From assembly GCA_964573055.1 (NCBI GenBank), contig CAZNIG010000030.1, positions 20,699-84,698 on the forward strand: a DNA stretch of 64,000 bases. The letters are read 5' to 3'. Positions within the stretch are counted from its first letter, which is position 1, and each line of letters starts with the position of its first letter. The translations under genes were made by a program, and so were the position numbers. This stretch comes from an uncultured Dehalococcoidia bacterium (lineage in GTDB: Bacteria; Chloroflexota; Dehalococcoidia; Lucifugimonadales; UBA2985). This document shows positions 17,925-26,509 of this stretch, piece after piece. A model generated the notes under the pieces. The model had not been told where the DNA came from and did no database searches. It was given only the letters and a program-made list of their open reading frames with translations.

Positions 17925-20252
17925 ATGGGCGCCTTTATTGTTGGTATTCGGCGACTGAAGTTACTTGCCATCTTGGTGCTGGTGCTCGGATTAATTGGGG
18001 CGGTGGGTTTCCAGATTCCTATAACTTCAGAATTAGTGTTGGAGTCTAGGGACAAACTGGTTCGTGCACTTGGGTTTAGTCTTATTGCTCCACTTGCTTG
18101 GCTCTTAATTCTGATTACTGCTAGGCTGGTAATTCCCTCTTCAGTTAGGTTTAGTTACTGGAATAAATGGTTGGCAGGACTTTTAGCTTGTCCTGTGGTT
18201 TGGGGGTTGTTGGCGTATTTCTCAGGTGATGCCGGGGTGCTACAAGAAGTTAGTTTCGGCGGTTTTATCGGGGCTTACGTTAAGGGCCCGTCTGATATGT
18301 ATGGTGTCATCAGGTTAATCGGAATATCGTCAGTTGTCCTAGGTTTAGCGTTTCCAAGTCAGGCGTTAAGAGTAATTATTGTACTTTCCATCAAAATACG
18401 TACTATTCTTTGGGCTTCGCTAAGGCTTATATATATCGGCACTATAGGAGTAGTTTGGCTCGTGGTTAAGCGCAGCAGGTTAAGGTACGGTCTTGGTATG
18501 TTGAAATCTGAATCCCTATCATCAAGACGGTCGCAAAATAGTGTGACGATACATGAAGTTCCCAAGCCTAAGGTATTAGGTAAACCATTGGTTTCTGTAA
18601 AGAGCTCTGAGCCAAGCGCAGGGCTAATTGAAAAATCCGCCGAACAATCTCATACGGATGACCAATTAGTTTTAGTGACGGCGAAGCTTGAAAATAAACA
18701 ACCAGAAAATAGGAAAATGACATCACGAGATGCCAAAGAATTTGTAAATGGTTGGGCTACTCCTCCTGTAGTTTTATTGAAAGAAGGGCCGGATGATAAT
18801 CAGTCCGCAGGTATAGATCAAGAGGAGGTAGCTAGGCTGATTGAAACTACACTTGGCGAGTATGGAATAGAGGTCAAAGTCGAAGAAATTAAACCGGGTC
18901 CAGTGGTGACCATGTTTGGACTCGTTCCAGGATGGGTGAGGCGCCAGCGTCAGAAGCAAAGGCTTGATAAGGACGGCGCTGCCGAGTCACTAGCGGGTGG
19001 TATATTGGATAGTAGGGTCGAGGATAAGACGAGGGTAAAGGTTGACAGTATCATTGCTCGTGAAAAAGATCTAGCTTTGGCTTTGGCTGCCCCTAGTCTT
19101 CGTATTGAGGCGCCGATTCCAGGCACGTCTCTAGTCGGGATAGAAGTTCCAAATCCCAAGTCGATGAGCGTATCCTTACGATCCGTTATGGAAACAGTTG
19201 ATTTTAGAGCCATTAGATCTAAATCAAAACTAGTTTTAGGATTGGGTAAAGGAAGTGGAGGTGATGTGGCTGTAGCTGACCTTGGCAGGATGCCGCATCT
19301 TCTTATAGCAGGCTCAACCGGTAGTGGTAAAAGTGTATGTATCAACTCTGTGATTGCTTCCATAATTATGCACAATTCGCCTTGGGACACGCGGATTATC
19401 ATGATAGATCCCAAAAGAGTGGAGCTTACGCCATACAACGGGATACCTCATCTGATAGCTCCTGTGATAGTGGAAGTAGAGGCAGCTGTGAAAGCTCTCA
19501 AGGCTATGATTCAGGAAATGTTGAGGCGGTATAAACGAATGGAAGAGGCTGGTGCCCGTAATATTGATACCTATAATAAAGACAGGCCTCTAGGCGAGAG
19601 GATGCCTTTCATAGTTATAGCGGTCGATGAATTGGCAGATCTGATGATGGCGGCTTCATATGATATAGAGCACTCAATTATACGGTTGGCTCAATTGGGT
19701 CGTGCGACTGGCATTCACTTAGTGGTAGCCACACAACGTCCCTCGGTGGACGTAGTAACAGGGCTTATAAAGGCTAATTTCCCGAGTCGCATTAGTTTTG
19801 CTGTTGCATCTCAAGTGGATTCTCGTACCATATTGGATGCGGTCGGTGCAGAAAAGCTGCTTGGCAAGGGTGATATGCTCTTTCAACCTCCAGATACTCC
19901 TAAACCACGAAGAATCCAGGGTGCATTTATATCGGACAATGAAATAGCTGATTTGGTGAGCTATTGGAAGAGCCAGAATGGACCTTTGCCTGCAATTATA
20001 TCAATGGATATTGATGACGAAGAAAGAATTCCGAATTCCTTAAGCTTGGATCAGGAAGATGAGCTATTGGAGAAAGCTTGGGAACTGGCCACTAAGTACA
20101 GCAGGATTTCAACCTCACTTTTACAAAGACGTCTTCGTATAGGGTATCCTAGAGCCGCCAGGATAATGGATTTATTGGAAGAAGAGGGTGTAGTCAGTCA
20201 AGGTGAGCCTGGCAAAGCCAGGGATGTCATAGTTACTAAAGGTAGACCGTAG
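17925..20252 (+). CDS. ftsK: DNA translocase FtsK/SpoIIIE
   Basis: 775 aa with an N-terminal multi-TM domain, a linker, the motor domain with Walker A 'GSTGSGKSV' and 'VVATQRPSVDV', and a C-terminal gamma winged helix 'LLQRRLRIGYPRAARIMDLLEEEG'. Confidence 0.88.
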   Translation: MGAFIVGIRRLKLLAILVLVLGLIGAVGFQIPITSELVLESRDKLVRALGFSLIAPLAWLLILITARLVIPSSVRFSYWNKWLAGLLACPVVWGLLAYFSGDAGVLQEVSFGGFIGAYVKGPSDMYGVIRLIGISSVVLGLAFPSQALRVIIVLSIKIRTILWASLRLIYIGTIGVVWLVVKRSRLRYGLGMLKSESLSSRRSQNSVTIHEVPKPKVLGKPLVSVKSSEPSAGLIEKSAEQSHTDDQLVLVTAKLENKQPENRKMTSRDAKEFVNGWATPPVVLLKEGPDDNQSAGIDQEEVARLIETTLGEYGIEVKVEEIKPGPVVTMFGLVPGWVRRQRQKQRLDKDGAAESLAGGILDSRVEDKTRVKVDSIIAREKDLALALAAPSLRIEAPIPGTSLVGIEVPNPKSMSVSLRSVMETVDFRAIRSKSKLVLGLGKGSGGDVAVADLGRMPHLLIAGSTGSGKSVCINSVIASIIMHNSPWDTRIIMIDPKRVELTPYNGIPHLIAPVIVEVEAAVKALKAMIQEMLRRYKRMEEAGARNIDTYNKDRPLGERMPFIVIAVDELADLMMAASYDIEHSIIRLAQLGRATGIHLVVATQRPSVDVVTGLIKANFPSRISFAVASQVDSRTILDAVGAEKLLGKGDMLFQPPDTPKPRRIQGAFISDNEIADLVSYWKSQNGPLPAIISMDIDDEERIPNSLSLDQEDELLEKAWELATKYSRISTSLLQRRLRIGYPRAARIMDLLEEEGVVSQGEPGKARDVIVTKGRP

Positions 20253-20270
20253 AGGTTGAAAGGCTAATAA

Positions 20271-22136
20271 GTGGTAAGAAAGCTAGGGGATAGGTTAAGC
20301 GGGTTTTTCGGGAAAAGTAAGAGTGTAGCCGGCGATCCAGAAATTCTTCTAGACTATTGTCAGGGTTGTGGCACTGGTCTGTTAGATTCTGAGCTATATC
20401 TGCGTATCAGGGTTTGTCATGAGTGTCGTTTGCATTATCCTCTTACCGCAAGAGATAGAATCGTGTTAATAGCTGATACAGGAACATTTCGCGAGACTCA
20501 TCGCTCTATTGTTTCTCTGAAGTCAGATAGGGAATCCAGATCTTTGCCGCGTAGAAAAAGGGTTTCGGATACTAATATCCGTACAGGTTTTACCGAGTCA
20601 GTCGTAACTGGTCGGTGTAATGTGGGAGGTGTTCCAGCGATAGTCATCTCGCTTGATCTAAAATTCCTCGGTGGTTCGTTGGGTGGGGTAATAGGTGAGA
20701 AAGTTACCAGAGCTTTTGAGATGGCTAGGAGAAGGAAAGAAACAGTCTTCGCAATAGTGACTAGCGGTACTGAGGAAATCCAAGAGGGAGTTCTGTCGCT
20801 GATGCAAATGGCGAAGGTGAGTTTTGCTATTGGGGCCCTCGCTAATGAAGGTGTTCCGTTTATTTGTTTGATAGCGAATCCTACGGTTGGACAAGTTTAT
20901 GCGAGTTTCGCGAGTTTGGCCGATATAATTTTGGCCGAGCCAGGAGCCGTCTTCGGTTTGGCTCCAACCAAGCCTAACGTTGAAGCCACACATAAATCGC
21001 GAGGAACCGCATTTTATTCTTCAGAAGCTCAGTTGCATCGTGGTATGGCTGATTGTGTGGTAGATAGGGAAAATACTCGGGCTATGGCATCTGAAATTCT
21101 AGCAATATTGAATCCTGCCACTAGCAATAAAGCGAAGATAGGTGAGGAAAAGTTTGATACACAGGATCGCTCAATATACCAGAGCAGGAATGAAGAACTA
21201 AATGAGCTATGGCCAGCGGAATGGAGTGGAGTGGCTCTGGCTAAGCAGAGTGAATCGCCTACGTCCCTAGATTTTATAAATGGTACCTTATCACGGTTTG
21301 TGGAACTGCATGGAGATAGATTATCTGGCGACGATAGATCTATTGTCTCAGGCTTGGGATACCTCGGCGACTGTTCAGTCGCAATTTTAGGCCAAGAACG
21401 AGGTCATGATCTGACTTCCAAAGAACGGCACGATGGGCGTACTTATCCGGAAGGGTATCGAAAAGCTCAACGCATCATGAGGCTTGCCGCCAAGTATGGA
21501 TTGCCTTTGATAACATTTGTTGATACTCCGGGACCATATTATGGATCTGAATCTGAGGAAAAAGGTATTGGCGGAGCTATAGGTGAGTCAATGGTTTTAA
21601 TGGCACAACTTCCTATTCCCACGATTTCTGTCATAGTTGGGCAAGGTGGCAGTGAAGGTGCGCTCGCACTATCTCTTTCTGACAAGACACTTATGATGGA
21701 GAATGCGGTATACCTTGTCACGTCGCCAGAAAACGCAGCTGTTTCTTTATATAAGGAGACAGCGATTGAGGAGCCCAATGGTAGTACAATCAGGCTTACT
21801 GCTAAGGGTTGTATGGATCTTGGTATAGTGGATCAGGTAGTTTATGAACCAAAAGAAGGAGCCCATAGAAATCCACATGCGGCCATTTTGACTCTTAAAA
21901 AGGTTTTGGAGACAGAAGTAGATACCTTGAAACAGCAATCTCGTAAAAGACTAGTTAGCGATAGGTATAAGAAGTTTCGTAGAATGGTAGAATATAGTTC
22001 CGACTTTCGCTTAGCTTTGGATAACGAGGTGGCGCAGCTTCAAGGTTACGTGGCTCAGGGTGTCAGATTAATCAACAAGGGAAGGCGTGAGGTCAGAAGG
22101 CAAGTGCGCCGGACTCGGAATAAGGGTAAGTCGTAG
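20271..22136 (+). CDS. accD/accA: Acetyl-CoA carboxylase carboxyltransferase, fused beta (AccD) and alpha (AccA) subunits
   Basis: The N-terminal half has the AccD zinc ribbon CQGC-x15-CHEC and 'LKFLGGSLGGVIGEK...LSLMQMAK'. The C-terminal half matches AccA ('HGDRLSGDDRSIVSG', 'YPEGYRKAQRIMRLAAKYGLPLITFVDTPGPY', 'GQGGSEGALAL', 'GAHRNP'). Both lie in one 621-codon ORF with no internal stop. Confidence 0.85.
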   Translation: MVRKLGDRLSGFFGKSKSVAGDPEILLDYCQGCGTGLLDSELYLRIRVCHECRLHYPLTARDRIVLIADTGTFRETHRSIVSLKSDRESRSLPRRKRVSDTNIRTGFTESVVTGRCNVGGVPAIVISLDLKFLGGSLGGVIGEKVTRAFEMARRRKETVFAIVTSGTEEIQEGVLSLMQMAKVSFAIGALANEGVPFICLIANPTVGQVYASFASLADIILAEPGAVFGLAPTKPNVEATHKSRGTAFYSSEAQLHRGMADCVVDRENTRAMASEILAILNPATSNKAKIGEEKFDTQDRSIYQSRNEELNELWPAEWSGVALAKQSESPTSLDFINGTLSRFVELHGDRLSGDDRSIVSGLGYLGDCSVAILGQERGHDLTSKERHDGRTYPEGYRKAQRIMRLAAKYGLPLITFVDTPGPYYGSESEEKGIGGAIGESMVLMAQLPIPTISVIVGQGGSEGALALSLSDKTLMMENAVYLVTSPENAAVSLYKETAIEEPNGSTIRLTAKGCMDLGIVDQVVYEPKEGAHRNPHAAILTLKKVLETEVDTLKQQSRKRLVSDRYKKFRRMVEYSSDFRLALDNEVAQLQGYVAQGVRLINKGRREVRRQVRRTRNKGKS

Positions 22137-22223
22137 CACTGGATTAAGTCAGTAGGTGTGCCACGAACTTGCGATTTACATGATAGGGACACCTTTGGAT
22201 GGAGCACTTAAGAACCAGATGGC

Positions 22224-23033
22224 CTAAGATACTTGAGATGTCAAAGATTTATCTAAATTAGTAATGATGTGTTCGTACTCGGCAGATATCGATTGATTAA
22301 GCAAAATTGCCGGGTTTGATGTGTCCCTGTAGTCCGATCTGAGTTCTACGCAGCCCATGAAGGGCAGTTCCATCTCTTGAGCCAACTCTGGCCCTGCTCC
22401 AGTTCCGAATATATCGCCACTAAAATTTTCCACTATTCCTAGTACGGGTACTTTCAATTTTCTTATCATGTTTATTGACCGCTTTGCGTCTAGTTTCGAC
22501 AGATCTTGAGGAGATGTTACCACCACGAAGCCGTCTAGACTTAAGACCTGCATTACGGTTAAAGGGGCGTCTGATGTACCAGGGGGAAGATCTACTATCA
22601 AGTAATCTAGCTCTCCCCAGTCTGTGGTTTGCAGGAATTGATTAATGGCATTATGTACCATTGGGCCACGCCAAATGATGGCCTCCTCTTCATTTTCCTG
22701 GAAGAACGCCATTGAAAGGATCTTAACTCCGTGTTTTTCGGGTGGGATGATCATGCCGTCGGTTATAGTTGGTTTATCGTAAACTCCTAGAACCCTGGTT
22801 GCATTTGGACAATCGATATCTGTATCCATAAGTCCTACGGTATGACCATTACGCGCTAGTGATACAGCGAGGTTAACTGCCACTGTTGTCTTTCCTACGC
22901 CGCCCTTGCCGCTGTATACTCCGATCTTTTTGTCGATTTTCCCAAGTTTTTCAGAAATTGCGCGGCGTTGTTGCCAATTCCGTTTCATGGAATCTAGGCG
23001 GGCTTGTTCTTGGGGTGACATTTGACGGGTCAT
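22224..23033 (-). CDS. mrp: Mrp/ApbC/NBP35-family Fe-S cluster carrier ATPase
   Basis: 269 aa with the deviant Walker A 'SGKGGVGKTT', 'LIVDLPPGTSD' and a CPN motif. Confidence 0.85.
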   Translation of the reverse strand: MTRQMSPQEQARLDSMKRNWQQRRAISEKLGKIDKKIGVYSGKGGVGKTTVAVNLAVSLARNGHTVGLMDTDIDCPNATRVLGVYDKPTITDGMIIPPEKHGVKILSMAFFQENEEEAIIWRGPMVHNAINQFLQTTDWGELDYLIVDLPPGTSDAPLTVMQVLSLDGFVVVTSPQDLSKLDAKRSINMIRKLKVPVLGIVENFSGDIFGTGAGPELAQEMELPFMGCVELRSDYRDTSNPAILLNQSISAEYEHIITNLDKSLTSQVS

Positions 23034-23351
23034 ATAACCTCATTCTCCATCATCGGCATCGCCATGATGAACACGTTGTATTTCTCTCGCGATGAGTGGC
23101 TTGAGTTCATTAAGATCCTGCCTAGGGCACTCGCCGCATTTTTGGGGAAGAACCAGCTATAATCAATTCGCATAAACTTGTTGTTTGACCCGTGCTTATT
23201 CATATGGATGAACTACTTCTGTGGTTTCGGGTTTCCGCAAGGTGGACACCGTTTCGAGGAAGTTAATTGGGAGAGTATTCACTACCGCACCCATCTACGA
23301 GAAGCCCTACAACACGCCTGTCAGCCTATCGTATACCTTTAGCCAGATTGG

Positions 23352-23672
23352 TTAGTCCAATCCGAGTAGTTTCTTGCCGTCCTCAGTGATCATTTCTGGG
23401 GTCCAAGGCGGGTCGAACACCATATCTACTTCCACCTCATCTATCCCTTCTATTTCTGCTATGCGCCATTCTGCGTTTTGGGCGATGTATGGGCCCATAC
23501 CGCAACCAGGAGCTGTTAGGGTCATTTGTACATATACCTGATTTCCATTTAGCTGTATATCGTAGATCAGTCCCAAGTCTAGGACGTTCACGGGAATCTC
23601 CGGGTCGTACACATCTCTTAGGGCTTCTTGTATTTCTTCTATGCTTACTGTATTTGTGTCTGACATAACCAC
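23352..23672 (-). CDS. DUF59 (SufT/PaaD-like) Fe-S assembly protein
   Basis: 106 aa with 'VYDPEIPVNVLDLGLIY' and 'TLTAPGCGMG'. Confidence 0.8.
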   Translation of the reverse strand: MVMSDTNTVSIEEIQEALRDVYDPEIPVNVLDLGLIYDIQLNGNQVYVQMTLTAPGCGMGPYIAQNAEWRIAEIEGIDEVEVDMVFDPPWTPEMITEDGKKLLGLD

Positions 23673-23813
23673 CCATCCTAGGCTAAGAATTGCCGCACTC
23701 TAGCCCGGAATCTAACAGAGGTAGTACTAATTGTCAATGGACGGCTTGGTGTATGATTACCACTCTTATTGCCATATCGTCGTTGCGCAAAAATTCACAA
23801 GTGATGTATTATT

Positions 23814-24578
23814 ATGGGCAAATGGATGGTGGTAGGGTACGGTATGTCACAGGAGGATGTTAGCGGCGCTTATGCTATCGAGATAGTAGGATTGGGTAAG
23901 TCCTACGGAGGCAGAGCGGTACTGAAGCGATTAGATATTAGCATGGATTGGGGCCAGATTCTCGTAGTGTTTGGTGCCAACGGATCTGGTAAATCCACCC
24001 TGATAAAGTTACTCTCAACTCTTTCTCGACCTACAGATGGTGAGATAAGAGTAGCTGGCATGGCTATGAAGGATAACTCGCGAGCGATTCGGCGGAATAT
24101 TGGCGTAGTGATGCACCAACCTCTGTTGTATGACAATCTGACCGGCCGTGAAAACCTCAGATTTCATGGCAAGATGTTCTCTTTGGATAACTTAGACAAA
24201 AGGATCGAAACCGCAGCAAGCTTGGTTGGGATGGCTGGATTCTTGGACAGAAGGCTTGGCTTCCTGTCTCATGGTCTTCAAAAGCGGTTATCCATGGCTA
24301 GGGCGATCCTCCATGATCCCCCTATTTTGCTTCTTGATGAACCCGAGACAGGATTAGATCAGGAGGCTTTAGGATTTCTACAAGATTTGATGGTTTCTAA
24401 TTCTGGCAGGCAGAGGACTGTAGTAATGACTACGCATAGCTTGGAGCGGGGATTGGCTATCGGTAATCGTATAGCTATCTTGGCAGGTGGCAGAATTGTC
24501 TATGATGAGCCAAGAAATGCGATAGATGAGGTAAAGGTTAGGGCCGCGTATTCTAATTTTACTGGAGCGAATTTGTGA
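23814..24578 (+). CDS. ccmA: Heme exporter ATP-binding protein CcmA
   Basis: ABC ATPase with Walker A 'GANGSGKST', signature 'LSHGLQKRLSMA' and Walker B 'LLLDEP'. It is followed by ccmB and ccmC. The start may be an internal ATG such as 23844. Confidence 0.8.
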   Translation: MGKWMVVGYGMSQEDVSGAYAIEIVGLGKSYGGRAVLKRLDISMDWGQILVVFGANGSGKSTLIKLLSTLSRPTDGEIRVAGMAMKDNSRAIRRNIGVVMHQPLLYDNLTGRENLRFHGKMFSLDNLDKRIETAASLVGMAGFLDRRLGFLSHGLQKRLSMARAILHDPPILLLDEPETGLDQEALGFLQDLMVSNSGRQRTVVMTTHSLERGLAIGNRIAILAGGRIVYDEPRNAIDEVKVRAAYSNFTGANL

Positions 24579-25249
24579 CTGGATTCTGGTCTACTGTCTC
24601 TGCAATTCTTTGGAAAGATATCATCGCTGAGTTAAGGGGCAAGGATATAGTGACATCTGTCCTGGGATTTGCGATCCTATCTTTAGTGATATTCAATTTT
24701 GCTCTAAGGCCTTCCCCTAGACTTACTCCTGAGGTCGCACCAGGGATTTTGTGGGTAGCTTTTACTTTTGCAGGGGTTCTTGGCTTGACCCGAGCTTTTG
24801 TACTTGAGAAAGACCAGGGTAACTTACAAGGTCTACTTCTTACGCCTACTGGCCGGGATGCACTATACGTTGGTAAAATGTTAGCAAGTTTGGTGTTTAT
24901 GTTGGTGGCCGAAGTCATATTATTGCCAATCTTCGCAATATTATTCAACATATCGCCATTTCAGCCAGGATTGTTGTTGGTTATTTTTCTGGCAACTGTT
25001 GGTTTTTCGGCTATAGGTACTCTTTTTTCAGCTATGGCTGTTAATACACGATCAAGGGAAATCATGTTGCCAATGCTTTTCTTGCCTGTGGTCGTACCAG
25101 TAATAATCGGGGCTGTGGTGGCTTCCGAAGCCTCTCTTAGAGGTGGTGGGTGGACAGAGATGGCGCAATGGATGCAGCTTATCCTAGTGTTCGATATACT
25201 GGCTATATTGTTTTCAGCATTTTCATTTAACTATGTCCTTGAGGATTGA
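24575..25249 (+). CDS. ccmB: Heme exporter permease CcmB
   Basis: 224 aa with six TM helices and CcmB-like 'LRGKDIV...FAGVLGL.RAF..E'. It overlaps ccmA by 4 nt. Confidence 0.8.
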   Translation: MTGFWSTVSAILWKDIIAELRGKDIVTSVLGFAILSLVIFNFALRPSPRLTPEVAPGILWVAFTFAGVLGLTRAFVLEKDQGNLQGLLLTPTGRDALYVGKMLASLVFMLVAEVILLPIFAILFNISPFQPGLLLVIFLATVGFSAIGTLFSAMAVNTRSREIMLPMLFLPVVVPVIIGAVVASEASLRGGGWTEMAQWMQLILVFDILAILFSAFSFNYVLED

Positions 25250-25950
25250 GAGAGATGTCCAAATCCATAATTAAAGCAGTTTTGTTCGTTCTAAGCGCTG
25301 GGATGATGTTACTAGTCCTATACCTCATATTCTTTTGGGTTCCGACTGAGAGAAACCTCGGAATTTCCCAACGCATATTCTATTACCATGTTCCCATGGC
25401 TTGGGTTGGTTTTCTTGCCTTCTTCTTTGTATTGATCGGGAGTGTAGGATATCTTTGGAAAAGATCCGAAATTTGGGATCAATTGGCTCACTCCGCCGCA
25501 GAGATAGGGGTTCTTTTTACTACTTTGATGCTTACAACCGGCGTTTTGTGGGCTAAGCCTGTGTGGGGGGTCTGGTGGACTTGGGATCCTAGGCTTACCA
25601 CCTCTCTTATCCTGTGGCTAATATACGTGGCTTATCTTATGTTGCGGGCTTACGCTCCGGCTGGTGAGCAGCGTGCTCGGTTCGCATCTGTTTTAGGCAT
25701 AGTTGGATTTATAGATGTGCCAATAGTCTATCTTTCGATCGTGTGGTGGCGCACTGTCCATCCACAGGTACTAGTCGGTCCAGTAGCGCAATCTACCGAT
25801 TTGGATCCTGCTATGCGCTCCTTATTGATGATTTCCACTTTGGCTTTTACCCTTCTGTTTGGTTATCTCCTTTGGGAGAGGGTATCGATAAGAAGTTATG
25901 AAGATAAATTGGATAGTTTGAAGGGTACGTTCGAATCTCCACTTAGATAA
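25246..25950 (+). CDS. ccmC: Heme exporter protein CcmC
   Basis: 234 aa with the WWD heme-handling motif 'WGVWWTWDPRLT' and flanking conserved His residues. The start is TTG 25246 or ATG 25255. Confidence 0.88.
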   Translation: MREMSKSIIKAVLFVLSAGMMLLVLYLIFFWVPTERNLGISQRIFYYHVPMAWVGFLAFFFVLIGSVGYLWKRSEIWDQLAHSAAEIGVLFTTLMLTTGVLWAKPVWGVWWTWDPRLTTSLILWLIYVAYLMLRAYAPAGEQRARFASVLGIVGFIDVPIVYLSIVWWRTVHPQVLVGPVAQSTDLDPAMRSLLMISTLAFTLLFGYLLWERVSIRSYEDKLDSLKGTFESPLR

Positions 25951-25974
25951 TAAGCTTTCAGGAGCAGATGGAAT

Positions 25975-26304
25975 ATGAAAAAGAATGCTTTCAAGAAAAT
26001 CATATCTACTTTTATTGTATGCCTACTATTACTTTCCGTAATAGTGACGCCTGTGGCTGCACAGATAGGGTTCAGTGACGACGGAAGCCAGGTGTGGGAT
26101 CAGGATACATACAACCAGTCTACTGATGTGGCAGCCACATCAGATCCAGAAGCGAACCTCCCATTCCTCTTCGCTGTTTTCGCCACGACTTGGTTAGCCT
26201 TCTTTGCATACTTGTATTACGTGTCTCAAAGACAGGCAAGTCTCAAGCGGGAGCTTGAGGAGTTGCAGAGTATTATAAACGGCGACTCAAACGAAAAGCG
26301 ATGA
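25975..26304 (+). CDS. CcmD-like small membrane protein with N-terminal signal-peptide extension
   Basis: 109 aa. The C-terminal TM plus basic stretch 'LFAVFATTWLAFFAYLYYVSQRQASLKRELEEL' resembles alternative-form CcmD. The N-terminus 'MKKNAFKK...VTPVAAQ' looks like a signal peptide and is followed by an acidic segment. The SD AGGAG precedes the ATG. Confidence 0.55.
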   Translation: MKKNAFKKIISTFIVCLLLLSVIVTPVAAQIGFSDDGSQVWDQDTYNQSTDVAATSDPEANLPFLFAVFATTWLAFFAYLYYVSQRQASLKRELEELQSIINGDSNEKR

Positions 26305-26417
26305 AGCGAAGTTGGTCCTTGCATATTAAGTACTGTGACTGTGGTAACGATCTTCATGATACACAAGTGGAATAGGCGGGCAAAGATTTAGGTCTGGTGA
26401 TTTGGGCAATTCGTAGC

Positions 26418-26447
26418 TTGTAACGTGTACTTATCGTTAACTAGAAT
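26418..26447 (+). promoter_or_regulatory. Candidate uvrA promoter (TTGTAA-N18-TAGAAT) with inverted repeat in the spacer
   Basis: TTGTAA at 26418-26423 and TAGAAT at 26442-26447. GTAACG-N9-CGTTAAC (26420-26441) fills the spacer. Confidence 0.4.
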
Positions 26448-26509
26448 GACTACGTAATATATTTTAATTAAATTAACGTAGCGGCGCTTGTTCATCTGGG
26501 AATATAAAA

